This document shows, in pieces, positions 1-9,781 of a stretch of DNA of 64,000 bases (positions within the stretch are counted from its first letter, which is position 1; every line of letters begins with the position of its first letter). Both the position numbers and the translations under genes were made by a program. The DNA comes from Candidatus Moraniibacteriota bacterium (GTDB lineage Bacteria > Patescibacteriota > Minisyncoccia > Moranbacterales > DUUL01). The DNA lies in NCBI GenBank assembly GCA_041583775.1, contig JBFHFF010000002.1:274-64273 (forward strand), given 5' to 3'. The notes below the pieces were generated by a model that was not told the DNA's origin, searched no databases, and saw only the letters and a list, made by a program, of their open reading frames with translations.

Positions 1-348
1 GGTCAAAAAGATGCAAACTCGAGTTCAAATATTGCTATTCTCAATGAAAACAAGAAACCAGCTATAAAATACTCAGCTTTATTCTTTATTTATAAGATTA
101 TATTAGTAGTTTTATTTTTTCCTGCTTTTTTGGTTCTTGGAGGAGGAGCGGGCATTTCTGGAAATATAATTGCTGTCATTTTAGTTCTAATTTTTCTTCT
201 CTCTTTTATTCCTGCGTACATTGGTGCAGACAAAAAACAAAAAGGTTCAACATCTAAAAAAGATTTGATTCAGGCTTTATTACCTATTTTTATTTATATT
301 TTAATAGCTGCACTGATTCTGTTATTAGACTTAGTTGGCCTAGCATAG
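1..348 (+). CDS. Membrane protein, 5'-partial
   Basis: Frame of ORF 130..348 is open back to base 1; several hydrophobic segments; ends TAG. Confidence 0.7.
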   Translation, partial: GQKDANSSSNIAILNENKKPAIKYSALFFIYKIILVVLFFPAFLVLGGGAGISGNIIAVILVLIFLLSFIPAYIGADKKQKGSTSKKDLIQALLPIFIYILIAALILLLDLVGLA

Positions 349-679
349 GCCTGTTGCTATAAAACAGATTATGACACATTCCAGCTCCCGGAATAAAAAA
401 CATTCAAGCGAGCATTTTTTTATAAAAAAGTGACGAACAAAAATTTACAACTTATAATGTTTATGCGATTCCCTAGTTATATTGATGATTTTATTGTGAT
501 TAATCTTAATTATTTGAAACAATTATTAAGCTAAAATCCGGGTGGAACTCGTCTCCATTTTAATCAGTAACAATTCCCTACTCTAAATAGATTAAACCTC
601 CCAAACATACCCACCAGAGGGAGCCACTCTTTTTAAAAGTCTTTATCTAAGTGTTTTTTTATTACAAATAAAACACCTC

Positions 680-727
680 TTGACCACTTAATCAATACGG
701 AGCAGAATATCAATGTATATTGATATT
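680..727 (+). promoter_or_regulatory. Promoter with 9-4-9 inverted repeat, probable ArsR operator
   Basis: TTGACC(680)-N17-CAGAAT(703), overlapped by AATATCAAT-GTAT-ATTGATATT (706..727) directly before the ArsR remnant. Confidence 0.65.
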
Positions 728-740
728 ATTAACAACCATT

Positions 741-1057
741 ATAAAACCCAGTTGTTGCGAAAACAAAAAAACAAAGGGGGGGGAATTAAAAGAAACAGTT
801 GATTTTCTCAAAATTGTGTCTGAGGAAAATCTCCTCAAAATTCTATGTACCCTGAGAAAAAATAATTTTGTGTAGGCGAAATTTGGGAACTGCTTGGGCT
901 GTCTCAAAATCTAGTTTCCAATCATCTCAAGGTTCTAAAGAATTTCAAATCAATAGACTCGAGAAAAGAAGGCATAAAAGTCATCTCTTTTCTAAGCTCC
1001 GAAAATACAAAAAATCGATTCACCCTTAACATCATAACCATTAATACATCTTTATGA
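741..1057 (+). pseudogene. Frameshifted ArsR/SmtB-family repressor
   Basis: Frame A gives KPSCCENK...DFLKIVSEENLLKILCTL, stop at 873. A shifted frame from 869 gives CVGEIWELLGLSQNLVSNHLKVLK...SRKEG (ArsR HTH and wing), with TGA overlapping the next ATG. The start appears mutated to ATA. Confidence 0.8.
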
Positions 1058-1347
1058 AAATCCAAGTTCTAGGCTCAGGTTGCCCAACCTGTAAAAAATT
1101 ACTAGAAACCACAAAGAAAGTTGTTAAAGATTTTAAAATTGAGAATGAAGTGGAATATGTCACTGATATATCGGAAATGATCGCTATGGGGGTCATGACC
1201 AGCCCAGTATTGGCCATTGACGGCCAACCTGTTTTGACTGGGGGAAATAAAAGTGAAAAAGAAATAAGGGATGCACTTTGTAATAACATCAAACAAGTGA
1301 GCAAAGAAAACAAATCAAACTGTTGCTCTTGCAATGGAAAGTGCTGA
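1054..1347 (+). CDS. Small thioredoxin-like redox protein (MTH895 type)
   Basis: MKIQVLGSGCPTC, GVMTSPVLAIDG; Cys-rich tail CCSCNGKC. Confidence 0.85.
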   Translation: MKIQVLGSGCPTCKKLLETTKKVVKDFKIENEVEYVTDISEMIAMGVMTSPVLAIDGQPVLTGGNKSEKEIRDALCNNIKQVSKENKSNCCSCNGKC

Positions 1348-1367
1348 CCAATTAAGCCAATTATATT

Positions 1368-1500
1368 ATGGATATTTTTTACCTATTCAACTTTTTGATG
1401 ATATAGCAATTTACGATTGGATAAATGCTACAAACAAATACTGGGAGGCGCAGTCAATTTCTTCATCTATGACACCATAAAAACTGGCTATTTCTTTAAT
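1368..1500 (+). pseudogene. 5' remnant of ArsP/DUF318-type permease
   Basis: ATG at 1368 (MDIFY), then in other frames IQLFDD and GGAVNFFIYDTIK, resembling the permease N-terminus FFIYDTIKI; rest of gene missing. Confidence 0.6.
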
Positions 1501-1681
1501 TATTTTATTTTCTAAACACACGCTACTTCAAAATTATGAGAAATAATCTATTGCTTTGTATTCAAAATATATTAGCAAAAAAATATAAAATAAAACACAC
1601 CACTATTCAAATGGTCTAAGTAAATAAATTACAAAAAAATAAATTAAACTGTGAGCATTGTAATTAATAAAACTAAAAAAT

Positions 1682-2176
1682 ATGCCATATAAAAAAACAT
1701 CACTCATCTCAATATTATCCTTAATCGTTCTTTTGGTCGGGTGCAATAAGCAAAGTTTTTCTACAGAAAAAAATAGTGCCGAAAATCCTAACACAAAAAT
1801 ATCACAAACAAAAAACCAAATTTCCGACTCAAAAAAGGTTGTTGAAAAATTAGAAGTCTACTATTTTCATCGCACTGCTCGTTGCGTTTCTTGTAAAGCT
1901 ATTGGCAAATACACTAGTCAAACAATGGAGCAAAAATTTAGCAAACAAATTGCCGACGGATTAATTGATTTTCGTGAACTAAATGTCGAACTGCCTGAAA
2001 ATAAAGAAATTGCTAAAAAATTCCAAGCGTCTGGCTCTTCTTTATTTATTAACCGAATTATAGGAGGAAAAGACAATATAGAACAAGATGTCAATGTTTG
2101 GCGCTTGCTTGGCAATGAAGAAAAGTTTAAACAATATTTAGAAAGTAAAATAAACTCTTACTTAGGAATTAAATAA
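1682..2176 (+). CDS. Thioredoxin-fold lipoprotein, ArsF-like family
   Basis: Lipobox LLVGC; VYYFHRTARCVSC (CxxC) motif. Confidence 0.75.
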   Translation: MPYKKTSLISILSLIVLLVGCNKQSFSTEKNSAENPNTKISQTKNQISDSKKVVEKLEVYYFHRTARCVSCKAIGKYTSQTMEQKFSKQIADGLIDFRELNVELPENKEIAKKFQASGSSLFINRIIGGKDNIEQDVNVWRLLGNEEKFKQYLESKINSYLGIK

Positions 2177-2177
2177 A

Positions 2178-2894
2178 ATGGAATTTGTAAATTCTTTTAT
2201 TGACACTTATAACATACCTTTGCTCACAGCATTTTTGTTGGGTATTTTAACTTCTATAAGTCCTTGTCCTTTAGCCACAAATATCACTGCCATTGCTTTC
2301 ATCTCAAAAGAATTAAAAACTGTTAAAAATACTTTATTCAATGGCATATTTTACACTGTTGGTCGAGGGGTAAGTTACACCCTTTTAGCCACTTTAATAT
2401 TTTTTGGTTTTTCAAGCTTCTCAATCTCAAGCATTTTTGAAGGATGGGGAGATAAAATATTAGGACCTGTTTTAATTTTCATCGGCCTAGTAATGTTTGA
2501 AAAAATAAACATAAAAATTGGGCTGAAAAATGAAAAAATAGAAAAGACAAAAAATTGGTTGTCCCAAAAAGGATATTTTGGATCTACATTACTTGGCGCT
2601 CTATTCGCACTTGCCTTTTGCCCTTATAGTGGTGTTTTGTTTTTCGGTGTTTTAATTCCTTTGGTTTTGAATTCAAAAGAAGGCCTTTTACTTCCACCTT
2701 TTTTTGCAATTGGGACTGGTTTGCCGGTAATATTTTTTTCATTTTTTATCGCAATTGGTATGCAAAAAATCAATAGAATTTTTCAAGCAACTCAAAAAAT
2801 TGAAAAAATTATGAGACATCTAATTGCTTCGATTTTCATGTTAACAGGAATATACTATTTACAATATATAATAAAATTTTTGTTGCATTTGTAA
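2178..2894 (+). CDS. CcdA/DsbD-like membrane protein (ArsG-like family)
   Basis: SISPCPLATNITA and ALAFCPYSG motifs, about 6 TM. Confidence 0.8.
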   Translation: MEFVNSFIDTYNIPLLTAFLLGILTSISPCPLATNITAIAFISKELKTVKNTLFNGIFYTVGRGVSYTLLATLIFFGFSSFSISSIFEGWGDKILGPVLIFIGLVMFEKINIKIGLKNEKIEKTKNWLSQKGYFGSTLLGALFALAFCPYSGVLFFGVLIPLVLNSKEGLLLPPFFAIGTGLPVIFFSFFIAIGMQKINRIFQATQKIEKIMRHLIASIFMLTGIYYLQYIIKFLLHL

Positions 2895-3121
2895 TTTACA
2901 AATTAACTTAAATTCCCCATCACGAAGAACATTAAAATCCTGAATTCATCAATACAAAGTAGGTTTATTGTGTATTAGAAGAATAAACCGAACCACCAAA
3001 TTGAAGCAATAAATACAGACAAACTAAAACTGATATAGTTTTATTGAATATAATAATAAAAAAATGCGTATGTTATAATATACAGAGAAAATTACATACA
3101 AACAATTATTAATATATAAAG

Positions 3122-3466
3122 ATGAAAATCATTAACAAAATATTAGCCCTGATCTTAACGCTTTTCGGAATATTTTTCCTAACTGGATGTAACAGCAAAA
3201 ATGAATCTGAAGAAAAAATTGAATCAATACAAGAAGAATCACCAGATGACTCGCAGTTAGATATTTCCAATGAAACTTCAGAACAACAAAAACTAACCCT
3301 GGACACAAACAAATGTATCGGTTGTGGAAAGTGTGCCAGAATAGCACCTAGCAATTTTGAAATGGACAACAGAAAAGCTGATGTGATATCGCAAGAAAAC
3401 CTAGAAAGCGAAAATGTGCAACAAGCAATAAAAAATTGTCCTATTAATATAATTAAAGTGAGCTAA
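3122..3466 (+). CDS. Ferredoxin with lipoprotein signal peptide
   Basis: FFLTGC lipobox, acidic linker, CIGCGKC...AIKNCP single-cluster ferredoxin motif. Confidence 0.8.
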   Translation: MKIINKILALILTLFGIFFLTGCNSKNESEEKIESIQEESPDDSQLDISNETSEQQKLTLDTNKCIGCGKCARIAPSNFEMDNRKADVISQENLESENVQQAIKNCPINIIKVS

Positions 3467-3948
3467 TGGAAATTCATCTACTTTTTGCAAAAGCTAGCTG
3501 GCTGACCTTTTTTGTAATATTATTAATACGCCCCTTTTCTGAAATTTTAAATTCGAGCTGGCTAAAAAGCAACCTTAAAAGGCGAAAGGAGCTGGGAATA
3601 ATCTGTGGAATATTCGCCTTTTTGCATATATCAATCTATCTCTACGCAAATAACTTGTTTGACGATTATATTTTTAACTCAGCTTTCTGGAATTTTAAAA
3701 CACTCTTTGCTTGGGGAAATTTAGCCACTGTTTTTTTATTCTTCCCTTTTATAACCTCAAATAATGCGTCAAAAAGATTCCTTAAAAAACATTGGCTAAC
3801 AATTCAAAAACTGTCCTACCCCGCATTTATTTTTACTGGAATTCACATTTATTTAGTAAATAAAAATTGGATACTAGGTTTGGTGCCAGTTCTTATTTGG
3901 CTTGTTGTTTGGACTTGGGCTCAAATCAAAAAACATAAGAATGCCTAA
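3466..3948 (+). CDS. MsrQ/ferric-reductase-like transmembrane protein
   Basis: RRKELGI...FLH, FITSN...W..IQKLSY...IH; TAATG coupling to the ferredoxin. Confidence 0.75.
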   Translation: MEIHLLFAKASWLTFFVILLIRPFSEILNSSWLKSNLKRRKELGIICGIFAFLHISIYLYANNLFDDYIFNSAFWNFKTLFAWGNLATVFLFFPFITSNNASKRFLKKHWLTIQKLSYPAFIFTGIHIYLVNKNWILGLVPVLIWLVVWTWAQIKKHKNA

Positions 3949-4342
3949 ATAAATAATTGTTACCACAAAAAAACTTTCATTCTAACAAAATCTTACACCA
4001 ACCATCGTTCTTTCTTTAATATAAGATTTAAAACTTATATTTTTTCTTTACTTTCAAGTTTGGAATTCCTAATCCCAACAATCTAACACCTTTTTTTATC
4101 AAGCTCATTTTTTCAAATCAGAGCCTTTTTTTATTTCTCCATAATGCTTGATTTCTCTAAACTCCAAAATAATCTACTTACCGCCAAAATACTGAACAGT
4201 TTTCTGATTGAAAATTTTAACATGTCGTACTTTTCTTCTTCCTTGGTCATATTTTTATTTATTTTTTCATTAGTATTTGACTATGTGTTAGTTTAATAAT
4301 AATGTAAACAAAGTACTTACTTATATTAAAATATTATTAAAT

Positions 4343-4945
4343 ATGAAATTTTTAGAGGCAATGCAAAATCGTTACGCAACAAAAGCATACGATAATAAAA
4401 AGAAAATTAACCATAAGTCTATAGAAGAGTTAAAACAGATTCTTCGCTTAAGTCCATCATCAATCAATGGTCAACCTTGGCAATTCACCTTTGTTCAGAA
4501 CACTATCATTAAAAATAAATTAGCAGAAGCATCTCGTTTTAATGAAGATAGGGTAAAAAACAGCGACATATTAGTTGTATTTAGTGCTATAGATAAAATT
4601 GATTTATTTGAAAAACAGATTAAAGAATATCTGCCCGAAAGAGCTATTGATTATTTTAATAAAATGGTAAAACCTAAAGAAGATGCTGATATAAAAAACT
4701 GGCTTCAAAAACAAGTATACCTAGCATCAGGAATATTTCTAAGTGCTTGTGCCGCAATGAAAATTGACGCAACTCCAATGGAAGGCATTGAAGCTGATAA
4801 ATATGATTCAATTATAAATCCAGATGGCAATTATACTACTTTATTTTCTATTTCCATAGGATATAGAGATCCTGAAGATTCTTTTCAACCTAGCAAAAGA
4901 CCAAAAGAAAGAATGGAATTTGATAAAGTCATAAGAAGTATCTAA
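4343..4945 (+). CDS. Nitroreductase (NfsB-like)
   Basis: RYATKAY, SPSSINGQPWQF, IDATPMEG, IGYR. Confidence 0.9.
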   Translation: MKFLEAMQNRYATKAYDNKKKINHKSIEELKQILRLSPSSINGQPWQFTFVQNTIIKNKLAEASRFNEDRVKNSDILVVFSAIDKIDLFEKQIKEYLPERAIDYFNKMVKPKEDADIKNWLQKQVYLASGIFLSACAAMKIDATPMEGIEADKYDSIINPDGNYTTLFSISIGYRDPEDSFQPSKRPKERMEFDKVIRSI

Positions 4946-5011
4946 AATAGAAAATTACCAACCATACTTAAAAGCAATAACCACTGTTTTTTTAAAAAAT
5001 AACTTAAGGAT

Positions 5012-5045
5012 AAATAAAACAACACCTCACGGTGTTGTTTTATTT
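5012..5045. terminator. Intrinsic terminator
   Basis: AAATAAAACAACACC-TCAC-GGTGTTGTTTTATTT perfect 15-bp stem. Confidence 0.8.
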
Positions 5046-5125
5046 GATATTTTTTTCTAAAAATGCGAAAATTGACTGCACGCCTATAGAATGAAAAATT
5101 CTACACAAAGAAACCAAAAACTTCT

Positions 5126-6409
5126 ATGTATCGACTGAGGGGAATAAAATTAAAAAAACAAAAAAAATCTTTCTTTGAAAGTGGTTTATTTAGTTTAAAA
5201 TTTTTCACAGCATTATTCGTTTTCTTTCTAAGTAGCTTCCTTTTTTGGCAACGCAATTTTGTCAAAAATCATGTAGTTGAAATTTTCAACCCTACCACCG
5301 AAGAAGAAAAAAAAGAATCTCTCGCTGAGTCAACTGAAAAAATCACAAGTCACATTATCATGGAAGGTGATATTCCAGCTGATATATTTTCTAAATATGG
5401 AAAATTGGATGCCAATGAAATCACAAATCTCTTAGCAGCGTCAGAAGATATTTTTGACTTTACTCAACTAAAGATTGATAAAGATATTGATTTTATTTTT
5501 GATGAAAATGAAAAACTCAGCAAAATAGCCTACTATCCAACAAGCGAGAGAATGGTTGTCGCAGAAAAAAATGATGGAGATTTCGTAGTAGAAAAAAAAG
5601 ATATTCCATACTTTATAGAAGAAAAAACAGTATCAGTAAAAATCGATGAGTTTCTTTACAAAGATGCCTTAGACGCTGGACTGACAGAGAATAGCATCTT
5701 AGAGATAGCTGATATTTTCTCCTTCGACATTGATTTCACGACTGAAATCCGTGAAGGCGATGAATTAAAAGCCGTTTACCAAAAAAGAACCTTGGATGGA
5801 GTGGATGCTCCCGATGGGAAAGTTTTGGCTGCTAAATTTACAAACAATGACAATTCTTATTTCGCCTATTATTTTAAAAACGAAAATGAAGAGATTGGCA
5901 GTCACTATGATGCTGACGGCAAAGAGCTTGTTCGTCAATTCTTGCGTGCACCACTTAGTTATCGCAAAATCACTTCAGGCTATACTGGCGCAAGATTTCA
6001 TCCAATTACCAAAACGGTTTCCGCACACTATCAAATTGATTATGCCGCTCCGGTTGGAACTCCAGTCGTAGCAACTGCTCGCGGAACAGTCACAAGTGCC
6101 GGATGGGAGACTGGTTGGGGAAATATAGTTAGGATTCGCCACGACAATGGTTACACTACTCACTATGGTCATCTAAGCGCCTACGGAACAGGCATAAAGG
6201 CTGGAGCTACTGTTTCTCAGGTGGAGGTTGTCGGCTTCGTTGGTTCAACTGGATGGTCAACTGGTCCCCATTTGGACTATGGGATGAAACTCAATGGAAA
6301 TCCTGTTAATCCAATGTCTCTGCAACTCCCCAAGGGTACACCACTTGGAGGCGATGTTTTAGAAAAATTCCAACAAAAAAAATCAAAATACGAAGAAGCT
6401 TTGAGATAA
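5126..6409 (+). CDS. M23 peptidoglycan endopeptidase (MepM-like)
   Basis: N-terminal TM; HYQID, HYGHL, STGPHLDY. Confidence 0.9.
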   Translation: MYRLRGIKLKKQKKSFFESGLFSLKFFTALFVFFLSSFLFWQRNFVKNHVVEIFNPTTEEEKKESLAESTEKITSHIIMEGDIPADIFSKYGKLDANEITNLLAASEDIFDFTQLKIDKDIDFIFDENEKLSKIAYYPTSERMVVAEKNDGDFVVEKKDIPYFIEEKTVSVKIDEFLYKDALDAGLTENSILEIADIFSFDIDFTTEIREGDELKAVYQKRTLDGVDAPDGKVLAAKFTNNDNSYFAYYFKNENEEIGSHYDADGKELVRQFLRAPLSYRKITSGYTGARFHPITKTVSAHYQIDYAAPVGTPVVATARGTVTSAGWETGWGNIVRIRHDNGYTTHYGHLSAYGTGIKAGATVSQVEVVGFVGSTGWSTGPHLDYGMKLNGNPVNPMSLQLPKGTPLGGDVLEKFQQKKSKYEEALR

Positions 6410-6479
6410 AACAACTAAATAAAAATGTTCTTTAAAAAAATTTTCCATTAGAAATTCAAGTCTCTAATAGTTGAAAATT

Positions 6480-6522
6480 TTGACAAAAATATTTAATTGA
6501 TAGATACTTGAGTTATCAAGTA
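6480..6522 (+). promoter_or_regulatory. MarR gene promoter with 7-4-7 operator
   Basis: TTGACA(6480)-N17-GATACT overlapped by TACTTGA-GTTA-TCAAGTA (6505..6522). Confidence 0.6.
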
Positions 6523-6541
6523 ATAATTAATTCCTGTTTAA

Positions 6542-6976
6542 ATGCAGAAAATAAACCATTCAATCAAATTCATCCTTGAACTAACAAGAACTCTATCCAT
6601 TTTAAATCGCCGTTTTGATAGCGCTCTTGGCGGACTCAGTCTCAACGAATTCACAATTCTTCATAATCTGAACATAGCCACAAATGAAAAAAAGCGAAGG
6701 ATAGATTTAGCTAATAAAGTCGGGTTAACAGCTTCAGGCGTAACAAGACTATTATTACCGATGGAAAAAATTGGGCTTATTAAAAATGGAAAAAACGAAA
6801 ACGATGCAAGGACTAGATATGTAATGATTTCTTCAAGTGGAAAAAGAATGTTGGATAAAGCAACTGAAGATATGAAATTCTTATTAAATGAGTTAATTCC
6901 ATCAAAAGAAAAAAGTAAATTAAAAGCATTGTCTGAGCTTATTGCTGAAATTGGAGCACGCACTTATATAAAATAA
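6542..6976 (+). CDS. MarR-family regulator
   Basis: RIDLANKVGLTASGVTRLLLPMEKIGLI...DAR. Confidence 0.9.
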   Translation: MQKINHSIKFILELTRTLSILNRRFDSALGGLSLNEFTILHNLNIATNEKKRRIDLANKVGLTASGVTRLLLPMEKIGLIKNGKNENDARTRYVMISSSGKRMLDKATEDMKFLLNELIPSKEKSKLKALSELIAEIGARTYIK

Positions 6977-7029
6977 ACTCCTTTGCAATTTTTGCAAAAA
7001 TAAAATTGTTTTGGGGCATAAAATGAAAT

Positions 7030-7656
7030 ATGAAAAAAATATTTCTAGCATTTTTCATAATCTCTCTTTCCGTTCTGCTTTTTCTTTATAATGCAGAATT
7101 ATTTCAAATGTTAAAAAAACTTGAGGATGCTAAAAAAGTTAGTCCTTTTCTTGTGGCGGGGATTCTAATACTTATAAAAACATTTGTAACTCCCCTTGGT
7201 TTCCCCGGGACACCACTCACCCTTTTAACGGGTTCCCTTTTTGGTTATTTTTTTGGCACAATCATTTCTTTAATTGGAAATACATTGGGAGCCTGCTTAG
7301 CATTCCTACTTGCAAGATATGTCTTACAAGAATTTGTACAGAAAAAATTATTGCCTCGTTATATAAAAATAAAAAAATATGAACAAAACATATCCAAACG
7401 AGGACTTGCAACAGTTATTGCACTTCGACTTATTCCTCTATTCCCTTTCAATGCACTTAATTTTCTTCTTGGGGTAACCAGTATTTCATTTAAAAAATAT
7501 ATGTGGGGCTCTTTCATTGGAATGATTCCAGGAACATTCCTTTTTGTCTATTTTGGGGAATCACTCAGATTATTAAGTTTTTTAAATATCCTTTTAGCTA
7601 TAACTGGGATAATAATACTGACTTATCTTGGCAAATTATATGAAAAAAGATTCTAA
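7030..7656 (+). CDS. TVP38/TMEM64 (DedA/VTT) membrane protein
   Basis: PGTPLTLLTGSLFG, LRLIPLFPFNALNF, GMIPGT. Confidence 0.9.
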   Translation: MKKIFLAFFIISLSVLLFLYNAELFQMLKKLEDAKKVSPFLVAGILILIKTFVTPLGFPGTPLTLLTGSLFGYFFGTIISLIGNTLGACLAFLLARYVLQEFVQKKLLPRYIKIKKYEQNISKRGLATVIALRLIPLFPFNALNFLLGVTSISFKKYMWGSFIGMIPGTFLFVYFGESLRLLSFLNILLAITGIIILTYLGKLYEKRF

Positions 7657-7750
7657 TATAAAAAATTTAAAAAACTCTTACCTTGCTTAAATTAACCAAA
7701 TCAATATAATAACTTTGTGAAATTTTTCCGATACCAAAGGAGGTAGCTTA

Positions 7751-8182
7751 ATGATTGATCTTGATTTTGCAAAAGATACTATTTTAGAAGAAAGGATAAT
7801 GGAATATGGTAATCGTAATTACACGAGGACAATTATTCTTTTATTTGGAACTTTAGGAGAAGAACAATATGCTTCAGTGAATTTTTTTATTGATGCATTA
7901 GAATCCTTCGGTTTAGTTTCTGATGAAAATGACGCGAAGGCGGTTCGTACTAAATTCGGACAAATGACTTCTAGATGGCTAGAAAAGATAGCTTTATCGG
8001 ATCTACTTGAAGAAGATAGAAAAAAAATATGTGAAAATGTAGCGGGGAGGGTGAGTCATAATGGAGTTAAAAGGACACGCTCCATTTTTAAACTAAACAC
8101 AAGAGGTAGGGAGGCCTTAGCAAAAATAAAGACTGAATTACTTCCTAAAAATCAGGCTCCGATGATAGTAATCAACCCATAA
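7751..8182 (+). CDS. Hypothetical protein, possible winged helix
   Basis: Strong SD AAGGAGGT; C-terminal RSIFKLNTRGREAL resembles a wHTH wing. Confidence 0.65.
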   Translation: MIDLDFAKDTILEERIMEYGNRNYTRTIILLFGTLGEEQYASVNFFIDALESFGLVSDENDAKAVRTKFGQMTSRWLEKIALSDLLEEDRKKICENVAGRVSHNGVKRTRSIFKLNTRGREALAKIKTELLPKNQAPMIVINP

Positions 8183-8230
8183 TCATGTTTGAGTGAGGCA
8201 GTAAAAAATAATTAACGCTTCAATGTCAAC

Positions 8231-8264
8231 AAAAAGCTATACTAAATAAAAAGTATGGCTTTTT
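8231..8264 (+). terminator. Intrinsic terminator
   Basis: AAAAAGCTATACT...AGTATGGCTTTTT hairpin with T-run. Confidence 0.65.
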
Positions 8265-8387
8265 TCATTTGAAAATTTATGACAAAAACTCATTTATTTT
8301 CAAAAATCAACAAAATAACTTTTATTTTATTTTCCCAAACTTTAAATATGCTATAATAAAATATAGAAATTATAAATAAAAACAAAT

Positions 8388-9749
8388 ATGCAAAAGATAC
8401 TTAGAAACAAAGGCTTCATTGCTGCTTATATCTTAATAGCAACAACAGCTGTCACAATTTTGCTATCTGGTCTTTTGGTTTTTATTTCCTCTTATCAAAG
8501 AAGGGTCCAATCGGAAACTCGTCAACAACAAGCACTTCAGTTTGCCGAAGCTGGTATATATTTTTACAAATGGTACCTATCTTCAAATCTTGACGGAAAA
8601 ACAGATCAGCAAATTGAGGACTTTTGGAAATCTGGAATTGTTTGTGGCCTAGACACAGACTGTCAAAAAACAGTTGTGGATGGCACTGGAGTAGTAGTTG
8701 GAGAATATAACATAGACATTTCATTTCCAGACGCAACAAACCCAGACACTGTAATAGTAACATCGACTGGTTGGGCAAGTAATCACACATCTCAAGCACG
8801 GACAATTCAGGTCAGAATGCGCCGCCCATCTTGGTGCGAATACACAATTCTTTCAAATGGAAATATTAGCATGCTAAATAATACTAATGTTTGGGGAAAA
8901 ATTCATTCAAACGGAACTGTCTTTTTTGATGGTGGTATCGCTTATGGCGAAGTAAGTTCTTCGGTATCAAATGGAATTTTGCCAATTGATGACGATATTT
9001 ATCAAGGAGGAACATCCTCCCCCATTCAACCCGCCGATTTCAGCTCAGTTCAAATCAATATGGATTACCTGAGAAATAAATCTCAAGAATCAGGGGGTAT
9101 ATATCTACCAAAAGACAGTGCCTATGAAGGATACTATACTGAGATAGACTCCGGTGGAACAGAAATAAATACCTGCAAAATAAAAACATACGACCCCAAT
9201 AAATACACCATAAAAAATAAGGATTTCAAAGATTGTCACACTATTTCATTGTCCGGAATAAGTCTCATTTTTGCCGAAGGAAATCTATGGGTTGAAGGAG
9301 ATAAATTACCAGAAGGAAAAAAACTTACAATGGTTTCAGCGGACATTGATGCTCCTGGTGAAAGTGATATTATAATTTATGGTGGTACCAATGCAACATG
9401 TCCCTCCCCGGAAGGAAATGGAGACGGAACGCTCGGCCTTGTTTCTGAGGGCAATATTCTTTTTGCAAGCGTAAACAATAGTAATATAGAATGGTGTGTA
9501 AATGCGGCTTTAATGGCTCAAGGAGGTCAAGTAGCAATGACGCACTTAACTGGAGATTCTGGTATTCATAGCCCCAAAGTTCATCTTACTGGCGCAATTA
9601 TTTCCAATGGAGATTTTGGAATAACTGAAGAAGGGGAAGAATATATTTTAGGAAGCAATGTTATTTTAGATCTTAGTTTTCTCTATGACCCACCACCTTT
9701 TTTTCCTAAAAAAAATTTCTATGAAATTGACCTCTGGGAAGAAATATAA
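8388..9749 (+). CDS. PilX-like minor pilin / pilus assembly protein
   Basis: NKG|F prepilin-like site lacking Glu5, hydrophobic helix, ALQFAEAGI, VTSTGW; ends WEEI; extended -10 TGCTATAAT at 8349. Confidence 0.75.
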   Translation: MQKILRNKGFIAAYILIATTAVTILLSGLLVFISSYQRRVQSETRQQQALQFAEAGIYFYKWYLSSNLDGKTDQQIEDFWKSGIVCGLDTDCQKTVVDGTGVVVGEYNIDISFPDATNPDTVIVTSTGWASNHTSQARTIQVRMRRPSWCEYTILSNGNISMLNNTNVWGKIHSNGTVFFDGGIAYGEVSSSVSNGILPIDDDIYQGGTSSPIQPADFSSVQINMDYLRNKSQESGGIYLPKDSAYEGYYTEIDSGGTEINTCKIKTYDPNKYTIKNKDFKDCHTISLSGISLIFAEGNLWVEGDKLPEGKKLTMVSADIDAPGESDIIIYGGTNATCPSPEGNGDGTLGLVSEGNILFASVNNSNIEWCVNAALMAQGGQVAMTHLTGDSGIHSPKVHLTGAIISNGDFGITEEGEEYILGSNVILDLSFLYDPPPFFPKKNFYEIDLWEEI

Positions 9750-9751
9750 AC

Positions 9752-9779
9752 TTTTGCTTATTATTAAAAAAAGCAAAAA
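9752..9779. terminator. Bidirectional terminator between convergent pilin genes
   Basis: TTTTGCTT...AAGCAAAA hairpin. Confidence 0.5.
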
Positions 9780-9781
9780 TA

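Noticed and set aside
444-471. dif-like site (TTATGCGATTC resembles a XerC arm)
   Set aside because: The XerD arm matches poorly at the required 6-bp spacing, and no second site or recombinase was seen
537-560. GC-richer patch resembling a tRNA 3' end or fluoride riboswitch on the minus strand
   Set aside because: Lacks the T-loop and the riboswitch pseudoknot elements
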